The notes under the pieces are model-generated. The model was given only the letters and a program-made list of their open reading frames with translations. It ran no database searches and was not told where the DNA came from. Below, piece after piece: positions 39,646-49,741 of a DNA stretch of 64,000 nucleotides (the first letter of the stretch is position 1; every line of letters begins with the position of its first letter). The position numbers and the translations under genes are program-made. Where the stretch lies: positions 64,001-128,000 of the forward strand of contig CAXXMR010000011.1 of assembly GCA_963663805.2 (NCBI GenBank), read 5' to 3'. Source of the stretch: Sedimentisphaerales bacterium. GTDB lineage: Bacteria; Planctomycetota; Phycisphaerae; Sedimentisphaerales; SM23-30.

Positions 39646-40274
39646 TTAACCTGCCTTTATCGTTAGCATTGGAAAAAAACAAAATGAGCCAAAGTCCCTG
39701 GCTTATCCTGTTACATATCGAACTGGTCAATCCTCAGGATGAAGAGGATACCGAAGATATTTATATCGTCCAGAATACCGAAAACATCACTTATCAGGGG
39801 CAGGAATATACTGCTTTCCCGTTTGAGATTTCTGCAACCAAAAATACCATGCAGGGTGATTTATCGTCTTTGAAGCTCAAAGTTAGTAATGTAACCAGAA
39901 CCCTGCAAAGCAGCTTACAGGCTTACCGGGGTGGCTTGGGCTCAACGGTAAGAATGACGGTCGTTAATGCGGCTCACTTGGGCACTGCCTGCCCTGAATT
40001 GGAAGAGACTTATATTATCACCGATTGTTCATCTGATGCCCAATGGGTAGATTTTACGCTGGGCGGTCCCAATCCGCTGCGCCAGAAATTCCCCAAGGAT
40101 ATTTATAATCCTTACCACTGTAACTGGCGGTTCAAAAGCTGTGAATGCGGCTATACTGGCACCACTTATACCGAATGCAACCGGTCTTATTCTGATTGTG
40201 TGGAACGGGGCCAGGCCCTTAATTTTGGAGGCTTCTTGGGCCTCAGATCGGGGGCTTTACGTGTTGTGGGATAA
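39642..40274 (+). CDS. Minor tail protein, lambda gpL-like
   Basis: YTAFPF, LKVSNV, CNWRFKSCECGY...C......C...NFGGF. Confidence 0.8.
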   Translation: MINLPLSLALEKNKMSQSPWLILLHIELVNPQDEEDTEDIYIVQNTENITYQGQEYTAFPFEISATKNTMQGDLSSLKLKVSNVTRTLQSSLQAYRGGLGSTVRMTVVNAAHLGTACPELEETYIITDCSSDAQWVDFTLGGPNPLRQKFPKDIYNPYHCNWRFKSCECGYTGTTYTECNRSYSDCVERGQALNFGGFLGLRSGALRVVG

Positions 40275-40659
40275 TTTTTTGGGAAAGAAATTTCAGGCTG
40301 ATGGTCGTGGCCCGGATGTTTATGACTGTTACGGCCTGTGCATAGCTGTCTTAGCTGAACAGAATATTATTCTGCCTGATTATCAGGTGGGTGACATGCT
40401 GGAACGCCAGCATCATTTGTTTATGTTTGAATCGGAAACCAATTTTATCAAGATTCCCGAACCCATACCATTTTGCCTGGTGGCTTTTTCGGTCATCAAT
40501 CCTTATGTAACTCATATCGGGGTAGTGCATCCTGATTTAGATAAGTTTATCCATTTATTGAACAATCGTCCGTCTTGTATTGAACCGTTAAATCGTCCAA
40601 CGTGGAAAAATCGTAAAATAGGATATTATATTCATGCCTCAATTAGTCAAAATCCATAA
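40261..40659 (+). CDS. Tail-associated NlpC/P60 protein (gpK-like)
   Basis: GRGPDVYDCYGL, HIGV, FIH; start uncertain. Confidence 0.8.
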   Translation: MLWDNFLGKKFQADGRGPDVYDCYGLCIAVLAEQNIILPDYQVGDMLERQHHLFMFESETNFIKIPEPIPFCLVAFSVINPYVTHIGVVHPDLDKFIHLLNNRPSCIEPLNRPTWKNRKIGYYIHASISQNP

Positions 40660-43600
40660 TCCGTTCGACCGTACTGCCAAAGACATAAGCCAGTTTGAAG
40701 TTCAAGGACAATCCTTAGCAGATATAGTCAAGGCCTCCGAAATGCCCGAATCATCGGTTTCTGTTAATGGTGTCCTGATTGACCCAGACGACTGGAATTC
40801 TTATGTTATTAGGCAGGGTGACTATATTCTGATGATTCCTAAATTTCAAGGCGCAAGTGACAGTTCAAAACGCACCATAGGCATGGTTGCAATGATTGTC
40901 GTATCAATAGCATCAATGGGAGCGGGTTCATATGTTGCAGGGGCTGCATGGGGAGGTAAGGCTGCTGGTGCAATCGTTACGGCGTTAATCTCTACTGCTG
41001 GTGGATTAATCATCAACGCCATGATGCCGGGCCCAACTAATAACGACAACATTGACAAAAATCACACACAGGCTTATGGCTGGAATCCGGCAACGGCCCA
41101 GCAATCTGGGTTATCAATACCGTATTATTACGGAGTAAACCGGGTAAGAGGTAATGTTGTTGCCGCACACACCGAACCCACCGGAGAAGATAATAAGCAG
41201 GTACTAAGTGCAATTATCGCACTTGGCCGAGGGCCGATTAAGAGCATCGACAATATAAACATAAATGACCAGCCAGTGGGCTCGTATGACGGGGTTGAAA
41301 TTGTTGAACAAACCGGCACTTTAGGACAAAGCGGTTTTAAGGCCGTAAATAAAACTAAAACCGAATACGCTATGGGAAATAGATTGAGGTATAATCAACC
41401 TGTGATTGTGGATATTCCAGATACCGGGTTTGATGAATTTGAAGTTGATTTAACTTTACCTGCCGGGTTGTATCAGCCCAGTGGTAAAGTAGATGGGGGG
41501 TTGTCAAGTGATAGCGTGTACGCATCTATATTTTACCGTGAGAAGGGTACATCATCTTGGCTGAAAATGGCATTCTATAACAATGAATACCAAATCCCAG
41601 TCGATGAAAACACGGAAGTCTCTGCAATTACAATAACAGATATACGACTTGAAGACATTGTTTATTTGGATGAATATTATTCGTCCACTAACAATCAAGC
41701 AATTAGGATAGAATGTGAAACTAATCATAATACGTTAGCTGGAAATTACATTTACATCGATGGCGTTACGGGTTCAACCGGTGCAACACAATTAAATGGG
41801 ACGACACATAGAGTATTAGCAGAGACTTGGACTAGAAACCCACTTGGAGAGTGGACACCTAGTCCAAGCGTTACATCTAAAACGTTGGTTATCGCAAAAG
41901 TACATGGGTTTTCCACATCCGACTATGTAAGCGGAGGTACCATACTTCCGGTTGGAGCAAAAATTAAAGACACAAAATTAAATAATGTTCGTCGTACTTA
42001 TGGCCCTGCATATGTAGATTCAACTAAGACTTACGAATTGAAGTGCGAGAAATTGAACCCCGACAAAAGCGACACTGACCCCAATTATGGTGATGATTTA
42101 TATTTGGGTACTGTCAGGACATCTATCAACCAGTCTTTTCGTTATCCCCGATTAGCTGCGGTGGGCATTAAAGCCTTGGCAACCGAGGATTTGAGCGGTG
42201 GGCTGGACTTTTCCTGTGTAATCGAAGGTCGGTACGTGCGGGTATATGATGGTACTGATTGGGGCGTAACTTACTCCAATAATCCGGCGTGGGTTTTGTA
42301 TGACATTCTCACTCAGCCGGTTTTCAGCGGCAAGACACCGTATGAGCCGGGTGAAACACTGCCAGCTACCGCTTTCACGGTTGAAAGATACGACGGCTTT
42401 GACCCGCAATTCTTAGACAGTGATTCATTTTTGGCTCTGGCTAACTACTGTGATGAGACTGTCTATAATGGCCAGAAACGCATTACGTTCAATGGCGGTT
42501 TCGATGTTAATACCACACTCTGGGATGCTGCGTTAAAAATCTGTGAAGTTGGCCGCTGTATCTTGGTGCGCAGGGGTACGCGATATTCTGTTGTAATTGA
42601 TAAAGCGTCTGACCCAGTGGCATTATTTACCGTGGGCAATACCGGCAAGGATTCTTTCACGGAGATTTATATCCCAAAGGTTGACCGGGCCAGTGAAATC
42701 GAGATTCATTATCGAGATGCTGAGCTTGATTATGAACGGGTACCGTTTACGGTAGTTGACCCGGACAGCCCCAATACCAACAACAAAATATCCATCGAAC
42801 TATTTGGCATAACTAACCAAGATGAAGCTTGGCGACACGGCATGTTATTGCTCAACAAGAACCGCCTCATTGATTCAATGGTAGAATTCACCGCCGATGT
42901 CGATGCGGTTGCCTGTACACTTGGGGATGTAATACGAATCCAACAGGATGTACCCTTGTGGGGCGAAGGTGGCAGAATAGTTGAAGCCTCTGGAACTTCC
43001 GTAACATTGGATAGAGAGGTTTTCGATACCGGGGGCGTGCATGAATTAATGGTACGTCTAGGCACTGAGATAGAATCAAGTGACGGCGGCTTAACTGGCA
43101 CCGACAAGGTGGAAACCAGAACCGTTACAAACATCGACGGTCGAGTAGTAACGCTTTCCACAGCGTTCAGCAGTGACCCGGTCCGTGGTGATTTGTACGC
43201 ATTTGGAGAATCAGGCCAATCAACCCGGCTTGTAAGAATCACCGAAATGGAACGGGATTCAGACCAGAAAGTCAAAATCACCGCTATCGAGTATGTACCC
43301 GAAATCTATGCCGATGACACCTCTGAACCTCAGTTGATTGACATTGAGCCAATTGCTAAATTAGACCCCAGCGTTACAAACCTTTATGCAACTGAGCGGG
43401 TAGAATTGACCAGTACAGGCAGCGAAAAGCGGTATGTAGAAGTCGGCTGGAACCTGCCCCATGCTTCGGTTTGGTCTCATGCCGAAATCTTAGTTCAGCC
43501 TGACGGCCTGACCAGTTGGGAGAAAGTCGGGGAATCACCCATAGACCGGTTTTACTGGTATAACCCAACAATTAACACCTCATACACCATTGCGGTGGCC

Positions 43601-45880
43601 ACAGTTGATGCTCTGGGCCGTAGACAAAGCCTGACAGATGCCGCCAAGACCACCATCACCGTGGGCGAGAGCGTACCTTATGCCTCAAACACCAACACCT
43701 ACAGCGTCACCGGCTTAACTCTTGAGAATGCCCCGTTGGAAAATCAGTTTGTCGGTAAGGACGCTAAATTCACATGGAATGAAGCATCGGTAATTGATTC
43801 TAATACCCCGGCAGGGGAAGAAGTTGGCGGGGCCGGTTCAACTCAGCCGGATATTTGGTTCAGAGATTATGAGGTCACTATCCTTGACGAATCAGGCAAT
43901 GAAAGACGGGTAGATTATGTTACTTCACCCAACTACATTTATTCTTACGAGAAGAACTGGGAAGATGGCGGCGGTGTGCCGACCAGAAACTTTACCATAT
44001 CCGTCAAGGTCCGGGATGTTTATTATAATCTTTCTGCCACACCAGCAAAATTGACCGTGGAAAACCCGGCACCGGAAGAAATCGACAATTTGACCGCAGC
44101 CGCTTATGTTGACGCTATTGTGCTACAATGGGATGGGGTTGATGACTTGGATTTTGAAGGTTACGTTATTCACGTCGGTGACACAGCCGAATTTACTCCT
44201 TCTGATGTAACGCTATTATACAAAGGCAATGTTACGGGATTTGTTTATCACTGTACCGATTACACCGAACAGTTCTTCAAGGTGGCCGCCTACGACGCCT
44301 TCGGTCTGGCAGGCTTAAACTATGCCTCAACTTCAGAAACTCCCAACACACCAATTACGGGAGAACTGACCGATTATGATTTGGACGCCCCGTTCCTGTC
44401 AGGTGTTACTTGGTCAGCTGATACGACAAGCTATTCTTGGACGGCGGGAACAATGGTTTATGGTTCACAAGATATAACTGTGAGTGCCGGGAATTATAAT
44501 ACCTCCGCCTACACCAGCGATGATTATCCGGTTTATGTCTGGGCCGATCTATCCGGTACTATAGCCAATCCTCTGAGCTTCACAATCGCCAAGGGTAATG
44601 CCAATAAGCCGATCATCGGCGGCGATAAATGGCTTTTTGCCATTGTCGATAAAATTGATGCGAATAATGTAATCTTTCCGGCCTGGCAACAGCGGATAAT
44701 GCACGCTGGGCTGATGCAGGCCCGAACCATAACCGCCGATCTGATTGGAACCCAACAGATAAAAGCTGAGCATCTTGAAGCTGCTGAAATCATTACCTAT
44801 AGTATCCATGTTGCTGGCGGCCCGCCTGTCAATGCAACCAATGGGGCCACGTGGGGAAGTAATATTACTGACCAACCCTCGGACGCACAAATAATAACGT
44901 CACAAGGCACCGCAGCCGCTATCACTGACCAGGGGACATTAGCAACCAAATCCTCCGTTGACCTTGCCACTGGTGAAGTCACAAATAAAAGCCTGGCAAA
45001 TCTTGATAGTGCCGCAAATACCATAGTGACTACAGCAGGCAATGCCTTGGGGACAGTGTCGGCTAATGTTTATTATCACATTGTAGGGGCAGCAGCTACT
45101 TTGACCGGAAAGGCAGCGGGCTTATACGGCACTTCACAATATTTAGGATTCTGGTCAGGCACTGCCTTTACCTCTTATATTGATAGCAGCGGTAATGCCG
45201 TCTTCAAGAATTCATTAACTATTGGTGATTACGATGGAAGTGGCAAAGGATTGCAAATCTTGGCCGCAACTGGCACGGGCGATGTAACGCTACTGGCTAA
45301 GAATATTGATAGCAGTGGTTATTATACTGAAACTTTAATCGGAACCGGAGGAATTCAGGTATATGCCAAAAACAGCGGTGGATGGCCAGGTCAATCCAGT
45401 TCGTACATTACCGTTGACATCTCTACCGGCAAAAATGTTTCAGAGTTTTCAACCTTAAGGGCTGGGCGGGGGCCAGGTTTTGCAGGCACTACATTATTAG
45501 AAGTGACCACCTCAACAGGATTCTTTGGCAGGGGCGCCAATAAAATCACTTACGACGCCTCAAGCACTTCTGTCCCCGCAGCAGGATTAACCGGTACTAT
45601 TGACAATGCCAGATTGCCAGTTTTGATAAATTTTGGTTTTTATACCGGAGAAGATGACGCATCAAAAACCATAACACATGGTTTAAGTTCAACCCCAACC
45701 AAAATAGTCGTCCATTCAACGACAGATTCGGGTGGGGCTTTGATTTGGGAAGGCTCTGGTGATGATGATTCGTCAAGTGGTGTAAGTAATGTAGGAGCCA
45801 CCACGTTCCAAGTTAATGGCAATGCAGACGCAGATTTGAATAATGCAGAAAATTATTTCTGGATAGCAAGCTGCTTATAA
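40634..45880 (+). CDS. Tail tip / host specificity protein (gpI-like N-terminus fused to gpJ-like body)
   Basis: Ubiquitin-like N-terminus and hydrophobic segment, IPYYYG, SNNPAWVLYDILT, FnIII-like repeats, fibre-like C-terminus. Confidence 0.88.
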   Translation: MPQLVKIHNPFDRTAKDISQFEVQGQSLADIVKASEMPESSVSVNGVLIDPDDWNSYVIRQGDYILMIPKFQGASDSSKRTIGMVAMIVVSIASMGAGSYVAGAAWGGKAAGAIVTALISTAGGLIINAMMPGPTNNDNIDKNHTQAYGWNPATAQQSGLSIPYYYGVNRVRGNVVAAHTEPTGEDNKQVLSAIIALGRGPIKSIDNININDQPVGSYDGVEIVEQTGTLGQSGFKAVNKTKTEYAMGNRLRYNQPVIVDIPDTGFDEFEVDLTLPAGLYQPSGKVDGGLSSDSVYASIFYREKGTSSWLKMAFYNNEYQIPVDENTEVSAITITDIRLEDIVYLDEYYSSTNNQAIRIECETNHNTLAGNYIYIDGVTGSTGATQLNGTTHRVLAETWTRNPLGEWTPSPSVTSKTLVIAKVHGFSTSDYVSGGTILPVGAKIKDTKLNNVRRTYGPAYVDSTKTYELKCEKLNPDKSDTDPNYGDDLYLGTVRTSINQSFRYPRLAAVGIKALATEDLSGGLDFSCVIEGRYVRVYDGTDWGVTYSNNPAWVLYDILTQPVFSGKTPYEPGETLPATAFTVERYDGFDPQFLDSDSFLALANYCDETVYNGQKRITFNGGFDVNTTLWDAALKICEVGRCILVRRGTRYSVVIDKASDPVALFTVGNTGKDSFTEIYIPKVDRASEIEIHYRDAELDYERVPFTVVDPDSPNTNNKISIELFGITNQDEAWRHGMLLLNKNRLIDSMVEFTADVDAVACTLGDVIRIQQDVPLWGEGGRIVEASGTSVTLDREVFDTGGVHELMVRLGTEIESSDGGLTGTDKVETRTVTNIDGRVVTLSTAFSSDPVRGDLYAFGESGQSTRLVRITEMERDSDQKVKITAIEYVPEIYADDTSEPQLIDIEPIAKLDPSVTNLYATERVELTSTGSEKRYVEVGWNLPHASVWSHAEILVQPDGLTSWEKVGESPIDRFYWYNPTINTSYTIAVATVDALGRRQSLTDAAKTTITVGESVPYASNTNTYSVTGLTLENAPLENQFVGKDAKFTWNEASVIDSNTPAGEEVGGAGSTQPDIWFRDYEVTILDESGNERRVDYVTSPNYIYSYEKNWEDGGGVPTRNFTISVKVRDVYYNLSATPAKLTVENPAPEEIDNLTAAAYVDAIVLQWDGVDDLDFEGYVIHVGDTAEFTPSDVTLLYKGNVTGFVYHCTDYTEQFFKVAAYDAFGLAGLNYASTSETPNTPITGELTDYDLDAPFLSGVTWSADTTSYSWTAGTMVYGSQDITVSAGNYNTSAYTSDDYPVYVWADLSGTIANPLSFTIAKGNANKPIIGGDKWLFAIVDKIDANNVIFPAWQQRIMHAGLMQARTITADLIGTQQIKAEHLEAAEIITYSIHVAGGPPVNATNGATWGSNITDQPSDAQIITSQGTAAAITDQGTLATKSSVDLATGEVTNKSLANLDSAANTIVTTAGNALGTVSANVYYHIVGAAATLTGKAAGLYGTSQYLGFWSGTAFTSYIDSSGNAVFKNSLTIGDYDGSGKGLQILAATGTGDVTLLAKNIDSSGYYTETLIGTGGIQVYAKNSGGWPGQSSSYITVDISTGKNVSEFSTLRAGRGPGFAGTTLLEVTTSTGFFGRGANKITYDASSTSVPAAGLTGTIDNARLPVLINFGFYTGEDDASKTITHGLSSTPTKIVVHSTTDSGGALIWEGSGDDDSSSGVSNVGATTFQVNGNADADLNNAENYFWIASCL

Positions 45881-45895
45881 TAAAGGAAATCAAAT

Positions 45896-46255
45896 ATGCA
45901 ATATTCAGAAGGTTCAGTAAACGTAACTCTTGACAGCCCGACCGTAACCGGCGTCGGGACCGCCTGGTCAGGTACTATCAATGTCGGTGACTGCTTCATG
46001 GTGTCGGGCGTCCTAGTGCCCTATACTGTGGCTTCAGTGGTTGATGATGATGAGATAACCTTATCAGCCCCTTGGGCTGGTGCTACCACCACCGGCGTAT
46101 CATATTTCATCACCCGCGGATTCACACTTAACTATAAATTCCCCGAAATCTACGGTGGAGACCGTAACTGGCCGGCACTTTACACCACGGCCCTGAGGAT
46201 GATTGATGCGAAGCTGAAGGACTTGGAGGATAGGATTGAGGCTTTGGAGCCGTAG
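45896..46255 (+). CDS. Stand-alone tail-fibre anchor-like protein
   Basis: YSEGSVNVT..S.TVTGVGTAW...V.SV.DD..ITL..PW.G then a short coiled coil. Confidence 0.6.
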   Translation: MQYSEGSVNVTLDSPTVTGVGTAWSGTINVGDCFMVSGVLVPYTVASVVDDDEITLSAPWAGATTTGVSYFITRGFTLNYKFPEIYGGDRNWPALYTTALRMIDAKLKDLEDRIEALEP

Positions 46256-46277
46256 GGCAAATGGTGGCCTTAAAATA

Positions 46278-46499
46278 TTATATTTTAAGTATAACATGTA
46301 ATCTGTCATTGGGAATAATCGATACTGTGTCAGAGATTCCAAAATCTCGAACACAGTACATCATTTGATTAGAACAGTCGGGATTAGGACAATTAAATGA
46401 ATAATTGCCAGAGCAGTTGGGGCGGTCAGTTCCATAAATATCAAATTTAGTCTTACATGCTTCACATTCATGATTTCTTTTCCAGCAGAACATTAGCAA
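46278..46499 (-). CDS. Small zinc-ribbon protein
   Basis: CEAC...CPNPDC; AGGAG SD. Confidence 0.5.
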   Translation of the reverse strand: MLMFCWKRNHECEACKTKFDIYGTDRPNCSGNYSFNCPNPDCSNQMMYCVRDFGISDTVSIIPNDRLHVILKI

Positions 46500-46542
46500 G
46501 CTCCTAAATTAAATTGTATAAAATGTCAGTACGACTAAACGA

Positions 46543-46734
46543 TTATTCCAAACAACCCCCATTCATCTGCCATTGCATCAAACACTTATTGCACAAATGT
46601 ACATCTTCCCCAATCTCAGGCACTCTCCACCCTTCAAGCCCCTCAGAGGATTCGTGGTTTTGCCTCACCTCGGTTGTCAATCCGCATCGATTACACACAT
46701 ACCACCATTGATTATTTTCGGTCCAAAAACTCAT
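46543..46734 (-). CDS. Small zinc-ribbon protein
   Basis: CNRCG...GW...HLCNKC; GAGGAG SD. Confidence 0.6.
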   Translation of the reverse strand: MSFWTENNQWWYVCNRCGLTTEVRQNHESSEGLEGWRVPEIGEDVHLCNKCLMQWQMNGGCLE

Positions 46735-46736
46735 TG

Positions 46737-46980
46737 TTAAGTCTCCTCTTCACCATAGCCTTCCCCTAGTCGCTTTTTACGCTCTTTCTGCTTGATTATG
46801 GCTTCATGGACACTGCCAAGTCGTTGGGGGCCATGAGACCCTTTACCGGGCGAAATGCACGCACTACCACAATTTGGGCACCTCGGCAGAAACCGGCTCG
46901 CACGTTCTTTAAAGCCTAACCATAAAACCTCATCGCAATCTTCGCACACATATTTGTAACGGCCCTTTTTTTCTGGTCAT
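46737..46980 (-). CDS. Small zinc-ribbon protein (homopolymer frameshift near start)
   Basis: CEDC...CPNCGS; ATG 46980 is in frame if the 7-T run at 46966-46972 is one base shorter. Confidence 0.55.
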
Positions 46981-47030
46981 GGCATAATCCCTTATGCATT
47001 ATTAATCTCGTCATACCAAGCCAAATATAC

Positions 47031-47567
47031 TTATTTGACAGGCTCTTTCCCTGTTTCCTCATCGTTTTCAATATCATCTTCGTCTTCTTCAGCAGGCGGC
47101 AACATCTTAGAATTTTCCTCATATACAATTCTGACATTTTTATTTATAAAGAGTTTATCAAGTTTATCTTGCACCTTTTGTACTTGGTCGATTAATTCCG
47201 GGTCACCATCCAAAAGTGCTGCTAGCCTAAACCTCTCTGCTTCCGGAGAATCCTTTCTTTTACCAAAAGCATGGTCAATGTTATCCAACCTTTTGCTAAT
47301 AATTTCTTGATTTAAAACTTGTGTTTCTGATTCAGTCCGATCTGTTGTGGCCGCAATTTCCGCAGCACGCCTAACCGAGATTTCTCCCTTACCTGTTTGT
47401 TCAAGCACTTTGCCTTCTGAATATTCTTGGGTTAAATCTTTACCCCAACTAAACGTTCGACTAATAAGTTTTTTGAACTTCGCAAGTATCTTGTTTTCAT
47501 TTGGCAGTGAAGCTTCCTTGGGAAAAGCACCGGCTCGAACAATTTCATTTTTAGTTTTATTATGCAT
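47031..47567 (-). CDS. Hypothetical helical protein, coupled to the pentapeptide gene
   Basis: 178 aa; start overlaps the upstream gene end; acidic tail. Confidence 0.7.
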   Translation of the reverse strand: MHNKTKNEIVRAGAFPKEASLPNENKILAKFKKLISRTFSWGKDLTQEYSEGKVLEQTGKGEISVRRAAEIAATTDRTESETQVLNQEIISKRLDNIDHAFGKRKDSPEAERFRLAALLDGDPELIDQVQKVQDKLDKLFINKNVRIVYEENSKMLPPAEEDEDDIENDEETGKEPVK

Positions 47568-48219
47568 GGATCAATACCCCCGCATTCTCCCGCACACCTC
47601 GCATTCTAAAATCAAGCCCTGACCCTCCCATCATACGGTACAGCTTAGACAGTTCGTGAAATAACTCAGCAAGGTCTTCGGCTGTTGCTTCTCCAGGATC
47701 AATCAGTAATTCTAGCGGTTGAATATCTTGATAAGATTGCTGTTTCAGCTTCTCTTGAGTAATGATAATTGGCTCGACAAATATCTCTCCAAAAATAGAT
47801 TTATAACGCTCAAGGTCGACTTCCCTCATGCGAACTCTTTCAAGGTTGGCTCCTTCAAGGTTGGCTCCTTTAAGGTTGGCTCCTTCAAGGCAGGCTACTC
47901 TAAGGTTGGCTCCTACAAGGCTGGCTCCTTCAAGATAGGCTCCTTTAAGGTTGGCTCCTTTAAGGTTGGCTCCTTCAAGGTTGGCTCCTTCAAGGTCGGC
48001 TCCTTCAAGGTCGGCGAATCCAAGGTTGGCGTCCACAAGGTAGGCTCCTACAAGGTTGGCTCCTACAAGGTTGGCTCCTTCAAGTGGTATTGCATCGAGA
48101 ATCCCCATCTGTTGTCGATTCCATTCTGTAAAATCTTTGGCAATCGAGCAACGCTTAAGCATTGCAAACTGCTTAGAATCATAGCTTTTCTCATTATTAT
48201 TTTTGTTCTGCTTATCCAT
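47560..48219 (-). CDS. Pentapeptide repeat protein with extra C-terminal domain
   Basis: About 16 LEGAN-type repeats encoded by near-identical 15-bp units (47840-48084). Confidence 0.88.
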   Translation of the reverse strand: MDKQNKNNNEKSYDSKQFAMLKRCSIAKDFTEWNRQQMGILDAIPLEGANLVGANLVGAYLVDANLGFADLEGADLEGANLEGANLKGANLKGAYLEGASLVGANLRVACLEGANLKGANLEGANLERVRMREVDLERYKSIFGEIFVEPIIITQEKLKQQSYQDIQPLELLIDPGEATAEDLAELFHELSKLYRMMGGSGLDFRMRGVRENAGVLIHA

Positions 48220-48236
48220 AAACCTTACCCTTCCAT

Positions 48237-49322
48237 CTATGCATTATTAATTTCATCATACCAAACATCTGGGCTCACTCTGGCATAAATCATGGTGGTG
48301 CTTATATCGCTATGCCCCATAATCTCCTTTAGTACCGGAATCGGCGTGCCGGCAGCGGCCATCCTGTAGCCAAAGGTGTGCCGAAATAGATGCCAGCCGG
48401 TCCCAACGCCTGAATGTCCAGACCGTTTGAATTTGGGCACCCATTTCTGGATGGGCGCAAGTAAATCTTGCCATTGCTTATCCCCAACAAAACCGCCCTT
48501 CTGCCCTTTGAAAACAGGCCCATTTTTCTTTCGTAAGGGCTCAAGTACCATTGCAAGGTCTGGGTGCAGAGGGATTGTACGCCCCCTACTGCTTTTGTCC
48601 TTTGGGATAATAATCAGGCTTTTGTCGTCTTTTCGCCACTGGACATGGCCCCATTCCATCCTTCTCATTTCTGACATTCTCATACCTGTTTTGAGGGCTG
48701 TAAACACAGGTAGGTAAATGCCCGCCCTGCGAGCCAGACGGAGAGTAATATCATATTCCCGGTCGTTCAAAAATCGAGGCGGAGTCTTAACCGGTTGGGG
48801 TAGTTCTGACCGAAGGCCTGAGCAGGGATTATCAGGCAAAATGTCCCGTTTTTGCAAATAACGACAAAACGCAGAAATCGAAGACAGGTAACTTCGCAAT
48901 GTGCTGGGGGCAAACTTAGGGGAACCGTTCTTTTGGGTTTGGACCGCAAGGCTGTCCAGAAATTCCAAGATACTCGCTTTGCTCAAGTCGTCATAGTTAT
49001 TGACGTTGTCTATGTATTTCCCCAACTGGCACTTCAGAGTTCGGAGATTGGCCATGTTTTTTCTGGTCTCAAAAAAATTATCGAGTGATTTCTTGAGGGG
49101 TTCGATAGGCCCCTTGCGGGCCAAGTTGACATTGTGCTGGATCCGGGCCACTGCTTTTAGGGCTATTCTCTTGTGTGTAGTCTTCAGGGAAACATAGCGT
49201 TTTTTACCCGTTTCATCGACATACTTATACCACCAAAATCGAGATTTTGAACGCTTATACAGGCAGCCTTGGGTTACACCATGGGTTACACCTGCTTTTT
49301 TGAGCAACACTAAATCTTCCAT
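48237..49322 (-). CDS. int: Tyrosine integrase
   Basis: [29 protein letters not shown]-terminal arm-binding-like [19 protein letters not shown]. Confidence 0.95.
   Translation of the reverse strand: MEDLVLLKKAGVTHGVTQGCLYKRSKSRFWWYKYVDETGKKRYVSLKTTHKRIALKAVARIQHNVNLARKGPIEPLKKSLDNFFETRKNMANLRTLKCQLGKYIDNVNNYDDLSKASILEFLDSLAVQTQKNGSPKFAPSTLRSYLSSISAFCRYLQKRDILPDNPCSGLRSELPQPVKTPPRFLNDREYDITLRLARRAGIYLPVFTALKTGMRMSEMRRMEWGHVQWRKDDKSLIIIPKDKSSRGRTIPLHPDLAMVLEPLRKKNGPVFKGQKGGFVGDKQWQDLLAPIQKWVPKFKRSGHSGVGTGWHLFRHTFGYRMAAAGTPIPVLKEIMGHSDISTTMIYARVSPDVWYDEINNA
49270..49292. repeat. Tandem 11-bp direct repeat, candidate integrase arm-type sites
   Basis: TGGGTTACACC at 49270-49280 and 49282-49292, about 60-80 bp from the tRNA end. 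Confidence 0.55.
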
Positions 49323-49352
49323 AACTTCCCTAGAGATAAAGACATAGAAAAA

Positions 49353-49425
<73 letters not shown>

Positions 49426-49464
49426 ATATCTCTCGCCGAGCGTCACGCTCAACAAGAACTAAGT

Positions 49465-49492
49465 ATTCTAGGCAAACTCGGCTACTGTTCAA
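49465..49492 (-). promoter_or_regulatory. Candidate tRNA promoter
   Basis: TTGAAC-16 bp-TAGAAT on the minus strand, 40 bp upstream of the tRNA. Confidence 0.5.
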
Positions 49493-49741
49493 GTAATATT
49501 TTGAGCTTTTTTTCTCCGCCCCCTTAAATCGGCCTGCCCAAGCGGCAAAATCCCTGCCGTCCGAACCGACAACGTCCATATAACCTTGGCGATTATACCA
49601 ATTATACCGATTACAACTCCTGAAAACGCATTTTTTTGCTCATTTCCCCCTTCTGTTGACTTACTTGCCTAAGTTAGCTGCCTGACAGGTCGATACCACC
49701 ATCAGAGCCAGGAACTACAGCCCCTGTACCTTGAGGTAAAT

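Larger units (their letters stand above)
1..49352. mobile_element. Siphovirus-type prophage integrated at tRNA-Lys; left end outside window
   Basis: Ordered regulatory, recombination, replication, terminase, portal, head, tail tube, tape measure and tail tip genes; tyrosine integrase starts 30 bp from the tRNA 3' end; no second copy of the tRNA 3' end seen in the window. Confidence 0.95.

Noticed and set aside
40634..46255. Invertible tail-fibre cassette (shufflon)
   Set aside because: No invertase and no inverted crossover repeats seen by eye
47840..48084. Variation in the pentapeptide repeats (AAC to TAC/GAC/AGC/TGC) looked like adenine-specific DGR mutagenesis
   Set aside because: No reverse transcriptase or template repeat seen; non-adenine changes also occur; N/D/S/Y variation is normal at this repeat position
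47719..48288. Plus-strand ORF with KVGSF repeats
   Set aside because: Antisense shadow of the pentapeptide gene
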